From the human T2T-CHM13v2.0 reference genome, Homo sapiens, in NCBI RefSeq assembly GCF_009914755.1, contig NC_060938.1: a stretch of 64,000 bases of DNA; one strand, 5' to 3'. The translations under genes were made by a program, and so were the position numbers. Positions within the stretch are counted from its first letter, which is position 1. The number at the start of each line of letters is the position of its first letter. This document shows, piece by piece, positions 24,801-36,491 of this stretch. The notes under the pieces are model-generated. The model saw nothing but the letters and a program-made list of their open reading frames with translations, was not told the DNA's origin and did not search any database.

Positions 24801-26539
24801 TCTAACAGACTTCTAAATATCACATCCCTTTGTCCCCTGCACTATCTCCCCAGGTAGGGACTATCAGTACTGCCACTGACAGCTGGAGGACTTGAGGCAC
24901 AGAGCAGTTATTACCCTAGGTTGCTGAACTAGGAAAGGGCACAGCCAGGATGGACTCTCCAGCAGCCTGGCCTGGCGTCAGGATGCTCGACCCCAAGAAA
25001 GTTCTGGAACTTCCCTGTGCTCTCCCTCTGGCTGCTCCGTGTGGGGCTCCGACTCCCAAGAGCCCCGGGGCTGCTGTGGGCAGATAATCAGGAAGCAGAC
25101 ATTCAACTACAAAAGCAAACATTGACCAAGGCAGGCAGCAGGGCCTATGGCGTGGGAGCGCTACCTGGACCCCTCACAGACTGCCGGGTGGGGCTGGGGG
25201 CCGGGGACACCAGGAGCCGCCCACTGACCTGTGTGTCTGCCCTGTGGCTCCGTCTGTCCTGGGGTGCCTTTCTTTCCTCCCTGTCAGGCCACACACATGA
25301 GGAGCCAGCTCCCATGCAGAGGGCCCCCTCATCGCCCCACATGGACACACCTACTTTCCATTGTCACCTGTCAGCATGTCCGGGCTGTGCTCCAGTCCTG
25401 ACTGTGGCCCTGATCCCTCTGGGACTGATCCAACCCCTCCCCCTTCTGCACCAACTACAGGAAGAAGGGCTTCCACTAGGCCAGCACCCAGGGCTCCTCA
25501 GGCCCCCACTCTGAGCCACCGTGTAGCGTGGGCTCTGAGGGAGCAGGGTCAGTGGGAGCCGGCAGGGACAGAGTGGCCCTAGGATGTGCTCTGCCGAGAG
25601 AGGGGAATTGAGTCACTGCGTGGGGTCTTCCATGGTGCCCTGGAGGGCACTTGGAGGAAGCTAACTAGAACAAACTGGGCACTGTCCACGTCGCTGGGCT
25701 CAGCAGGGGTCACCCTTCCCAGGGTGGGGACTATGAGGTCTTCACTCAACTGTGATGCCACACCAGATTATCTTGCTATCCAGCATGTCCTCAGTCTGAA
25801 CTGTGCTCTGACCAGACAATCACACCAAGACCCAACTCCCCCACACAATGCGACTGAGATCTGTGTTTTTGGAGATGATTGCCTGATTTCTCCCAAAAAG
25901 GGTTTTAACTTTTCATAGACAGGGGGATTCTAGGAGCCTCATGACTTTCCCTAATTTTCCCTCCACCTCCAACACGTACCTGCCCACCTCGTCCAAGCCC
26001 CGGGCTTGACAGGTGTCCCCTCTGAGAACATTACTGCACTGACTTTGTCCCCGAGGGTGAGGTGAACCGCTGGGGACTGATGCCAGGGACTGGGGAGTGG
26101 CCGTGCCCTGAAGGAAGGTCAAGGCACAGGAGTCATGTAACGCACCTTCTCCAACCACAGCACAACCATGTGAGGACTGATGACAAGAACGGAGTGGAAA
26201 ATACCCGGCCATCTGGGAATTACAAAAACAACCCATCAGCCAAACAAGAAACCATAATGGAAACCGATATTTGGAACTGAATGATGAAAAAGTACTTCAC
26301 AGTAAAACTTGTAGGATCCACCTAAAATTGCATGGAAGGATAATTCTATGGATTTAAATGGTTATATTAGAAAAGAAGGATGTCTGAAAAGTAATGAGCC
26401 GAACATCCAGCTCAATAAACTAGAAAAAGGGGAACAAAGAAAGAAGGAAATAAAAAAATAAGAGCAGAAATTAATGAAATGGAAAACAATATACAAAACA
26501 AAGGAATAACTAACGCCAGAAGCTTGATCTTTGAAAGGA

Positions 26540-26790
26540 CATCAGTTTTAGTGATCTGTTTCATTGCAGTGACCGCAGTTAATAATAATGCATTTTATGT
26601 TTTTAAATTCTTAAAAGAATAGATTTTAAATGTTTTCACCACAAAAAATAATGTGTTGATGAGGTGATAGATATGTCAATTAGCTTGATTGAATCTTTCT
26701 ACAATGTATACATAGAATAAAACATTACATTGTACCCCATAAGTATACACAATTATTAATTGTTAATTAAAAATAAATAAAATGTAAAAA
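26540..26790 (+). mobile_element. L1MA 3' end
   Basis: 'agaatagattttaaatgttttcaccacaaaaaata...gaggtgatagatatgtcaattagcttgatt...acattgtaccccataagtatacacaattat' + A-rich tail. Confidence 0.8.
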
Positions 26791-26926
26791 ACCTGTAAAG
26801 CCCTGGTAAGTCAGATCAAGAAAAATGTGAGAAAGCATGAATAGCCGGTATTAGGAATGAAAAAGAGAACATCTCTACAGATCTGATAGATCTCTAAAAT
26901 TTAAGAAGAGAAAAAATTATAAGTGA

Positions 26927-27245
<319 letters not shown>

Positions 27246-30224
27246 ATAAGTGAATAGTATTAATCGATTCATGTCAATAAGTTTGAAACATTTGATGAAG
27301 TTAACAATTTCTAGAAAGAGGCATTTATCAAAATTGCCACAACAAGAAATGGAAGACCTGAAAAATTCTTATCTATGACTATTACAGAAGTTGACTTTAT
27401 AGTGTTTCTTCCCTAGAGAAAACTCTAGGCCCAAAGAGCCTTCATTCAGAACTTTGATTTAATATTTAAATAAAAAAATGCCATTTTTATACAAACCCTT
27501 TCAAAGAAAAGAGGGAGCTCTTCCCAACTTATTTTATCAGGTGAGCATAATCTTAATACAGAAATCCAAATAGGAAAGTATGAGGAAGGAAAATCTCACT
27601 CACAAACACAGACACAAGCATCTTACAACCTCAGCAGACTGAATATGGTAATGTGTAAAAAGGATCATGACCAAACATCATGACCAAACTGTCTGCATTT
27701 CAGTATTATGATTTTAGTTAAACAGAACATGGATCCAGGCAGCCATGATGAAGGTGGGAGGCAGTGAAACAGCCTCTGCACTACTGAGGGAGGCCAGCTA
27801 AGATAGCCTTTGCAGACCAGGAAGAGTTCATGGGAGGTATTCAAGGATTCAGTGATGACACATTGCCCCCTACCCTGTCCGAGGAAAGCAGATAATGACG
27901 GACAAGAACAGAGAACTCAAGAAGGGAGAAGATGGCAAGGGGAGCCCCTGAAGAGCAATGGCCTTAAAGATACTCCCCAAAATGCAAAAAAAAAAAGGAA
28001 AAATTATTTTTAAAAATGAAACATTGCAGAATGTCTTCCTTTTCTTTATTCATTCCCTTGTTCCCTCGCCCCTGCTCACTCACTCATTCCACAAGTACTC
28101 ACTGACCCCATCTCTGGGCACAGCTGGCTCAGGGGCCCAGGCCCCCTCCTGAAGGAAGAAGTTCACACAGATCTGCGACTGGGGCTCCCAGACTCCCACT
28201 TCCTCCTCTCACTGTCACCCCTCTTGTGGGCCTTACTCCTTTAGGGGCAGGGCTGGGAGAAGAAGGGGCCGGGTGACACTGGTGTGGGAAGGGGAAGCAG
28301 CTAGGGGCATCTCTAAGGCTGCTCTGAGCTGGCCCAGGTGCTGCTGGTCAGCATGAAACAAAGCTGGCCTGCCCAGGCCTGCTGCCCTGCAGACAGCCCC
28401 CATTTGGGTCACAATGGCCGTGGCCATGGTGGAGGGGCCCTGCCCTTGCCACCTCCACTGCGTGCTGATCATTCCCATGCCCTTTGTGTCCTTGAGCTGC
28501 TGTTGTTCCCCAGAGCCCCACCTCCCGAGAGAGCCCCTGAGAGGTCGGGACAAGAATTGGCCAGGGGGTAATGGGTGCCCAGCCCCGAGACAGCAGGGGG
28601 TGCTTGGGCTGGTCTTCAGCCCACCTGGGCCCACTTCCACCTCCTTCAATGGTGGGACAGGGAACCCCCAGTCCTGCTGGCCAGAGCGGATCCCTGTGGG
28701 GACCTCAGTCAGCCACCCCAGAGTGGATCCCCATGGGGACCTCGGTCAGCTGCCCCCTCTTATGTCTTTCAGCCAACGCTTGCCAGGTCCAGCTCTGCCT
28801 CAGGCTGGGCGGGCAGCAGGGTGACAGGTGTAGCAGCTCGTTGCACCACATCCTGGACCCTCAAGCTTGTCCCGGGGGGCTTCTGCACCCCACGCCAGGA
28901 AGCTCTTCCCATAGGAAGCCTCAGGGTGAGTGGGCGCCCTCGGAGATAAACACGGAGCCCAAGCACACGAGCTCCGGCCTAAGTGAGGATAAATCTCCAT
29001 GACAAATGTCTCCTCGAAAGCCCGGAACAAAGGCCGCGGCGTGTTTATCCACCCTAAAGGCCGCGCAGACAGCCCAGACCCCGGAAACAGCCAATCGTGT
29101 CGAAATTGATGGCCCACTCAGGATGCCTCATTTATTACCAGAGATGTGATAGAGACGCAGGCAGGCGTGACCGGGAGAGGCTGCAGGTGGCCAGGTGGTC
29201 ATGGCCTCCTGCCACCCAGAGGGCTTGGGCTCCACCCTCGGCCACTCAGCCTTCCGCCCAAGGACAAATGGGGTCAGGGTAGCAGCTGTACCTGGCGAGA
29301 ATGCACTCCCTTCCTGGGGGGCCACTTTTTTCCAGGAGTGCATGGCCCTGGGCTGGCTGCTGAGACCTGTGCCCAGCCCCTCCGTGGTGGTACTCTCGTC
29401 AGACACCAGCCTCTGCGGCACCCAGGTGAGAGGTGGTGGTGCTGGGGGGCCCCACCCATGCTCTTGTCCTGTGAAGTGGTCCCAGGGTCTCCTGGGCTCT
29501 CCAGGCCCATCCGCCGCCTGCCCGCCTGCCAGCAAATCAGCTGTGGGCAAAAAGGGTACTTTTGGTTCCCGTGGTGATGGCCCATGAAGATGGAGCTCTG
29601 GCCCTGCAGACCCCCTCCCACCGCCTGGGCACCTGCCTGGAGGGGCCGGGCTTTCACAGCAGGGAGGGACAAGGCGGAGGAGCGGCTCCTGTTTTTTCTT
29701 GCGTGAGGCCTGGATCTGATTTGCACAATGATTTCATTGTGTGGAAATGTGCCAGCACCTGGCTCTGACGCCAGACCACCACGAGTGGCAGCTTCTCCAG
29801 GACATGCTGACATGTGACGAGGGGGTCCTGCATGTGGAGGGGCAGTGGTGGGCTGTGAGGCTCGAGGTTCAGGCGACCAGCAGCGGGTGTGGGGGCTCCT
29901 GTGGTCCCAGAGTGCGTGACCGTCAACCAGAGCAGGGACCCCCACAGAGCCTCCCAGTTAGGGCCCCTGGCAATGGCTGTGGGGGGCTGCATGGAGGGGC
30001 AGTGGCCCAGGGTCTGTGGCGGTGTGTGCCGGGCACAGCAGTCTCGCCCCAGCTCCATCTGCTCCCCTCCTCTGGAGGAATGGAAATGGGACCCCTCCTG
30101 AGCCCAGGCCTCGCCCAGGGCTGGCACCTGGAGGGTGAGGCCCCCTGCCCTCAAGCCTCCCCAGTGACCTGCTGCCCCCAGGGCGGAGCCTGCCTGAGGG
30201 GGAGGCAGCGCTCAGCCCTGAATG

Positions 30225-30370
30225 AGCTGTCAACTGCTGTGTCACAAATTGCCCCAAACTTAGCATCTGAAAACAACACACATTGATTATTTCCAGTTTC
30301 TGGTGGTCAGGGATCTTGACATGGCTTATCTGGGGTCTCTGACTGGGGTCTGAGGGATCGGCAGAGGAGC
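30225..30370 (-). mobile_element. MLT1-family LTR fragment
   Basis: 'actgctgtgtcacaaattgccccaaacttagcatctgaaaacaacacacattgattatttccagtttctggtggtcaggga'. Confidence 0.65.
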
Positions 30371-30849
30371 AGGTTCCCCCTGTAGCCAGGAAGATGCTGC
30401 GTGGAGGTGGGGCAGGGTGCAGGTCCACTGAAAGGGAGCATGAATCTGCTCTGCACGGTGGCCCCAGGCAAGTGGGGGCTTGTTGCAGTGGGGACACAGG
30501 ATGGCTTTTCCCGTGTACCCCAGAAGTCCACACTCCCCTGGTGCAATCTTCTCCAGGGAACGGGTGGATTTATCCGTGGAGATGCATGGAGCCCCGCCGA
30601 GCCAGGCCCAGCCCCACCAGGGTCTCAGGAGAGGGCTGGATGTGGGGATTGGGGGAGAGGGGCTTTTCTCTGGGACCTGCAAGTTACTGGTCACTGTCAA
30701 TCACAAACGGAGCTTTCCTCCATCTCTCCCTCCCCTCACCCCACCCCCAGTCTCCCTCAGCTCCTTCCCCAGATTCTTGGCAGTGCAGCGTCTAAGCAGG
30801 GCCTCCAGACAGAGCCCCGCCCTCGAAGGGGCAGGAGGGGCACCCCGCT

Positions 30850-30955
30850 GTGATCCTAACCCGATCCCCACCACCAAAATCTGCAGGGTGACCCTGGGAA
30901 AGCCACTGCCCTTCAAGGAGCCTCAGTTTCCCCATCTCCCATGGGTGATGGGACC
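30850..30955 (+). mobile_element. MIR fragment
   Basis: 'gtgaccctgggaaagccactgcccttcaaggagcctcagtttccccatct'. Confidence 0.65.
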
Positions 30956-31072
30956 AGACTCTTTCCTTCTCTCCTTCAATCGTAAAGCCATCGACATCCT
31001 GGCCAGGAGGTGGCCTCCAGTCACCTTTATCGGTTCATTTGCCCATTCATTAAATAGTTGTGGCACCTTTCC

Positions 31073-31479
31073 TGTAGCGGGTGGCATGGTAGCCCCCAAA
31101 CATCTGTGTTCATGGACCCAAAGCCTGAGGACCAGGCAATGAGGTCTTAGTTCAAACGAGAGCGTTTGCAGATTTAATAAGGTAAGTAAGGATCTTGGGA
31201 TGAGATTACCCAGGCCCTAAATCCAAGGACAGGCATCCCCATGAGAGACACACAGGGGGAGGCCACGTGAAGACGGAGGCAGAGATGGAGGGACGTGGAC
31301 ACACACCACGGATGCCCGGGGCCACTGAAGCTGGGAGGGCGGGGAAGGATCCTCCCCCAGAGCGTGCAGAGGGAGGGGTCCGGCACACCTGGATTTCGGA
31401 CTCCAGCCTCCAGGACTGTGGGGGAGTAAGTGCCTGTTGTTTCAAGCCTCTGAGCTACGGCAGCCACAGCAAACACACA
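31073..31479 (+). mobile_element. MLT1C-like solo LTR
   Basis: tgtagcgg...'ggccctaaatccaaggacaggcatc...ggccacgtgaagacggaggcagagatggag...gatttcggactccagcctccaggactgtg'...aaacacaca. Confidence 0.8.
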
Positions 31480-32574
31480 CCTTCAATGTGCACCATCTAC
31501 TGGCAGCCAGGGGACAGCCACTAGAGGGACGGCTCATCTTTAGCAGAGAAATGGACCCGGGAGGGAAGGGACCTTTGGGGCTGAGGGTTCCAGGAGCTGA
31601 CAGCCTCTCTGCCCTGCTCCCTCCAGGCCCCAGCTGGGCCAGTGTCCTTCAGCTGCTGTGGGACAGCACCTGCCGTCTTCACGCTCTTTCCACAGCGCGG
31701 GGTGTGGGGAGGGTGGCCGTGCATTTCAACAACCATCCTCTTGGGATTTTGTCAGGAGTGGCCTGGCGGGCCCAGGCGCTGTCCTGCGTTGGATACCGCA
31801 CGGGTCCTTCAGCAACACCTGAGCTCGCGGGAGTCTCAAGTAAACTCTGCATGTCGCAATGAGTTTCAGCAAAGCCTCAAGTTAAATGGCTTGTGATAAA
31901 AATATTAAGCACATTATGACTGCAAGACGTGATCTCGTCAATGAAGGAGGCTCTTAATTATTTTTGAAGAGAAATATCAACAGTGTCAGATTTAACCGCC
32001 AAACTACTTAATATAACTTCCGCCCAATTTTGCAGATCATGATCCGCTCGATTAACGGGCAGGAGGTAATGGATGGAGCCCGCCATGCTGCTCCGGGTGC
32101 CGCTGCTGATGCTGGGGACCGAGCCAGGATGGAGGGAGGGGCGTGCACAGGAGAAACCTGGAACTTTCCCTGGGAATAGACCCTGCAGGGGAAAGCCCTG
32201 TCCCAGCGCCTTCTGAAGTGGGCTGCAAGCTGCATTCAAAGGGGCTTCTCACCCCAGACCGAGGGTGGGAGCGAGGGCTGCGAGGCTGCACCCTGGAGAT
32301 GCAGCCAGGCCAGGCACTCACTTACGCTGCCAGGCGGTTCACACTCACAGCGCGTCCTGAACCGCCTTAGAGGGGCCGTAGAGGGCGGCTCTCTCATTCA
32401 CAGGTGCTGAGTTTGCTGAGCCCCTCCGTGCTTCTTGCTTGCTCCCCGCACTCCAGGGTGGAGGTCCTGCTATCTCCTCTCTGCAGATGAGGAGTTCTCT
32501 CATCCGAACCTCACGGCTCAAGGAACAGAAAGCTGGACCAACGGTGGTCAAATACAGTGGGCGCTTAACTACCT

Positions 32575-33027
32575 CATGGGAGTGAATGGAAAGGAGTTCC
32601 CAAGGACCCCGGGTTCTAGCCCCAGGGCCCTGTGGATGGATCTCACGTGGAAAGGGGGCTTTGCCTCTCAAGGATCTGGCGATGCGGAGAGCAGCCTGGG
32701 TTATCCTGGTGAGTCTTCAATGTAACCACGAGGCAGAGGAAAATTTGACAGAGAACAGAAGAGAGAAGGGGATGTGTCCCGGAGATGGAGAGTGCAGTGA
32801 TAGGGCCACAGCCAAGGACCACTGAGTGCCAAGGGGGCTGGGGGAGGCCAGGACTGACTGCCCGGGGCCTCTGGAGGGAGCCTGGCCCACTGCACCTTAT
32901 TGCATCCCCATGAAAGCTGTTGCAGACTTCTACCTCGAGACCTGTGTGAGAATACAGTTCTGTTGTCTTAAACCACTAAATTTGTGATAGTTTAATTTTT
33001 TTTCAGCAGCCACGAGAATCTAATACA
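32575..33027 (+). mobile_element. MLT1C/D-like solo LTR
   Basis: Ends 'ttctgttgtcttaaaccactaaatttgtgatagttt...cagcagccacgagaatctaataca'. Confidence 0.8.
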
Positions 33028-33029
33028 TT

Positions 33030-33490
33030 CATGAAAGGAGCCTGGAGGTGGGTGGCACCGGCGTTGAGAAGGAGGTAATGACATCACCCAGGGCCCTGGC
33101 TCCTTTCCCTCAGTCATCCTTGAATGTTGGCTACTTGTTCTCTGGCTCCTGACCTCACAGTCACAAGACGGCTGCCACTGCTCCAGGCGTCCCATCCTCA
33201 CACGACAGCCTCTGAAGCAGAGAGTGAGAAAGGGTGGGTGTGGCTTCTCCTTGTATGGGTCTATCTTTCATCAAGGAGGAAAGCCTTTCTCAGAAGCCCA
33301 TCAGTGCACTTCCCAGGCTACATCCAAGCAAGGTCCCATAGCTATCCTGGGCCCATCCATGGCAAAGGGAATAGGTTGACCTGATGGGCTTAGACCAGTC
33401 ACAGGTCATCTACTGGGCTAGGCCCACGCTCCCCAGGCACAAGCAGGTTCTGTTGGCAAGGATAGGAGGGGGATGGGGGCTGGGGTCAGT
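33030..33490 (-). mobile_element. Old MLT1 (K/L-like) LTR
   Basis: 'cacagtcacaagacggctgccactgctccaggcgtcccatcctcacac...gaaagcctttctcagaagccc...ggcttagaccagtca...ggttctgttggcaagga'. Confidence 0.6.
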
Positions 33491-34934
33491 CGCGGTCATG
33501 GAGTTGTGGGGAGTGCCTGGACCGAGAGAGTGAGAGGCAGGATGGCTGCAGTGTGACCTCCTGGGTCCCCCACCACCCAGCTGCCCCCACACACACCCAT
33601 AAACACCCATATTTGGAGAGGCACTGCCTAGGATGTCCTCAGCCACTACCCTACAGGGCTCCACACCTTTCTGGTACCACATAGGCAGGCACTCTGCCCA
33701 CACAGGTCCCTGCCCACGGGCCCTCTGCGCACCTGCTCCTCCCTGAGTGTTTCCTTCCATGACTCCCAACAGTCTTGGGGGGAAATCAGGCCCCGTCACT
33801 GTGACATTAACACTGTAGGACTTTGAGCCCCATCAGGCCCACGGGAGAGCTTCCTCCTCCTCCTGTTTCCTGGGGCTGCCTGGGCGTTTCAGCTTCACTT
33901 TCTCTTCTGCACAGGCATGGAGCGGCATCACGGTTCAAAGCTGGCAGCCCCTGGTCCCCAGACTGCACCGGGCCAGTTCCAGCTTCTGGGGCCTGAGAGG
34001 CACGGGCCTCGGGTTCCCTGTGAGAATTGTTCCTGGTGATAGACCTGTGGGCTCTCTGGGGGCTGAGCGAGAGCCGTCCTAACGGGGAGATGGCCCATCC
34101 AGGGCCAACACGGCACCTGTGCGTTCTCCCATCCTCCTTCCCAAGGGAGTCCTGGCCAGGCCCCTCTCCTGTGTCCGAGGAGTCTTGCCAGCCCTCATGG
34201 TCTGTGTCACGATCTGCAGTAGCTGTCCCATCAGGGCTGATCTGGAAGGAGCCTTTCCTCCACATGGCCTTTCCCAAGTCAGCCCTCAAGTGCTGTGAGC
34301 CTGGACCGCGCCCCTGTCCTCCAGGCAGCTGCCTGCACTCCACACCCATGCGCGTGGCAGCTCTGCGCCCAGCAGCCCTCCTGGTGTGATTTTTATTTAT
34401 TTACCTGAATACTGGAACAGCTGCTTTATTGAGATTCATTGGTCGCAAGGCTTAATTAAAATAATGCCACGCGTCTCACTCAGCGTGGGTCACCAAAGCA
34501 AATGTTTGTTTTGCTGCTGTCAGTTAGGGCCACGTGTGATGAAGCGACGGCTCCCGGCAGGGAAGGCACGTGGGCCCTGACCCCCTGCACCTCCCTGGGT
34601 TGCACGGATTGGGGGTTGCTGAGAAGGAGGGAGGGAGGCCCCAGGGAGGGCATTTCTGGTGTCTTATCAGGCGCCTGGTGGGTGGACGGGGTGAGGGCCA
34701 CGGCAGTGGGGTGGGAGGCTGTGGTACCATCCAGGGGCTGTTCCACACCCTGCACCCTCAGAGACTCGACTTGAAATCTGAGTCCCAACTCCCCAGGGGT
34801 GGGGTGGGGTCTTCTGCTGCCCTCCGATAGGGGAAGCCAGACAGATAGCCCCCGGGCAGGACACGGGAGGGCCCTGGAGAGGGTCCCAGGGCAGAGGAGC
34901 GAGGTGTCCACAGTAGGACCGCTGAGGTGGTCCA

Positions 34935-35393
34935 GGAGGAGGTTCCTGTTGCTGCCATAACAAGCTCCCGCCACTGCAGCACCTCCAGCTCCACAGAGCT
35001 GGCGCCTTCCAGCCCTGGGGGACGGGTGTCCAAAACGCATCCCACCGGGTGAAGGTCAAGGGTCACAGGGCGGCTCCTTCTGGGGGCTCCAGGGGAGGAT
35101 CGGTTCCTTGTCTTCTCCAGCTTCCGGAGGTGCCCCCCGCCCCCTCCTCACCTTCAAGGCCAGCAGAGTGCCCCTCCGTCCTCCCCCCGACTCTGCCTCT
35201 GTCCTCACGTCTCCACCCTCACCTTCCTGCTCCCTCTTCTGAGGCCCTTGTGACAACATTTAGCGCCCACCTGGGTCGTCCGGGGCCATCTCCCACCTCG
35301 GGGTCCTTCTGTTAGTTGCATCTGCAAAGTCCAGGTTCACAGGTTCCAGGGTTTAGGAGGAGGGCGTCCTGGGGGAGACTCAGCCTGCCTCAC
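34935..35393 (-). mobile_element. MLT1D-like solo LTR
   Basis: 'gctgccataacaa...ctccttctgggggctccaggggaggatcggttccttgtcttctccagcttccggagg...catctgcaaagtc...cacaggttccagggtttagga'. Confidence 0.75.
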
Positions 35394-36268
35394 CCCAGGC
35401 ATTGGCTGGCAGAGAAGAGGGGTGTCAGGTGGAGGACAGTCCGAGGGAGAGGAGGACCCCGGACCCAGATCGGCGAGGCTGTGAGGAGGGGTGCAGCCGC
35501 CCACCCTGGAGAGTGGAATGCCGGGGGCGAAGGTATGGGGGCAGACTCGGCCTCACGTTGGGGGCAGGGAACTCAGCTGACGTGAGCCTGAGTGTTTGCT
35601 ACTGTTGCAGGGGCGGTGGAGCTAGACGGGGCCAGGTGAGGGACAACGCCAGACAGTGAGGCCACCATCAGGGAAAAGTGGGTATGGGGAGGCCGGAGGG
35701 GCCCTGCTGGCTGGGTGCTGCTGGGTGCGGGGAGTGGAGCTGCACAGGCCAGGATCGAGCCCTGGCCCAGGAGGAGAGGCCCCTGGGCAGGTGATGAGCA
35801 AAGCCCAGGGCAAAGTGAAAAGCTGGGGCCTTGCTTCAAACATTATGAGGAATTTCAGAGCTCTAACCAAGCTTGAGTTCCTCTGAGCATGGGCCTCGCC
35901 ACAGCCATGAAGCCGGCCCTGGGGCTGTGCTGGCCAGGCTGAGTTTGAGAGGCTTGTGCAACCCCAGGAGGGGTGAAGAGGCCTTTCTCCCCCAGCAGCT
36001 GTGTGACCTCAGGCCAGGGGCCACACCTGGTCTGCACACCGCCTGGGAGCACCCAGTGGGGCTGTCTGCACCAGCCGCCCCCAGACCTAGAGGAGCTCAA
36101 TGGGGTGAGGGTGGAAGCATGAGGGAGAAGTGGGGAGCCTCCTTATGGTGCAGGGGGAGCGGGGTACAGGAGGAGTCTGGGGGAGCTCCCTTATGGGATA
36201 GGGAGATGGGATGTGAAGGAGCCCAGGGGACCCTTTACAGGATGGGAAGACAGGGTGCAGGGGAAGAT

Positions 36269-36491
36269 GGGGAGCAGGAGAAGCTCCTTATAGGAGGGGG
36301 AGACGGGGTGCGGGAGGAGCCCCTTACTGGACGGGAAGATGGGGTGCGGGAGGAGTCCCTTATGGGATGGGGAGACGGGGTGCGGGAGGAGTCCCTTACA
36401 GGACGGGGAGACGGGGTGCGGGAGGAGCCCCTTATAGGACGGGGAGACAGGGTGCGGGAGGAGCCCCTTACGGGATGGGGAGATGGGGTGC
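36269..36491 (+). repeat. 36-bp minisatellite (VNTR), 6 units plus degenerate upstream copies
   Basis: Unit ~ggggtgcgggaggagccccttayaggacggggagac starting at 36269, 36305, 36341, 36377, 36413, 36449. Confidence 0.95.

Noticed and set aside
36269-36491. CRISPR-like array (36-bp periodicity)
   Set aside because: Units are contiguous with no unique spacers, no cas genes, and the DNA is primate.
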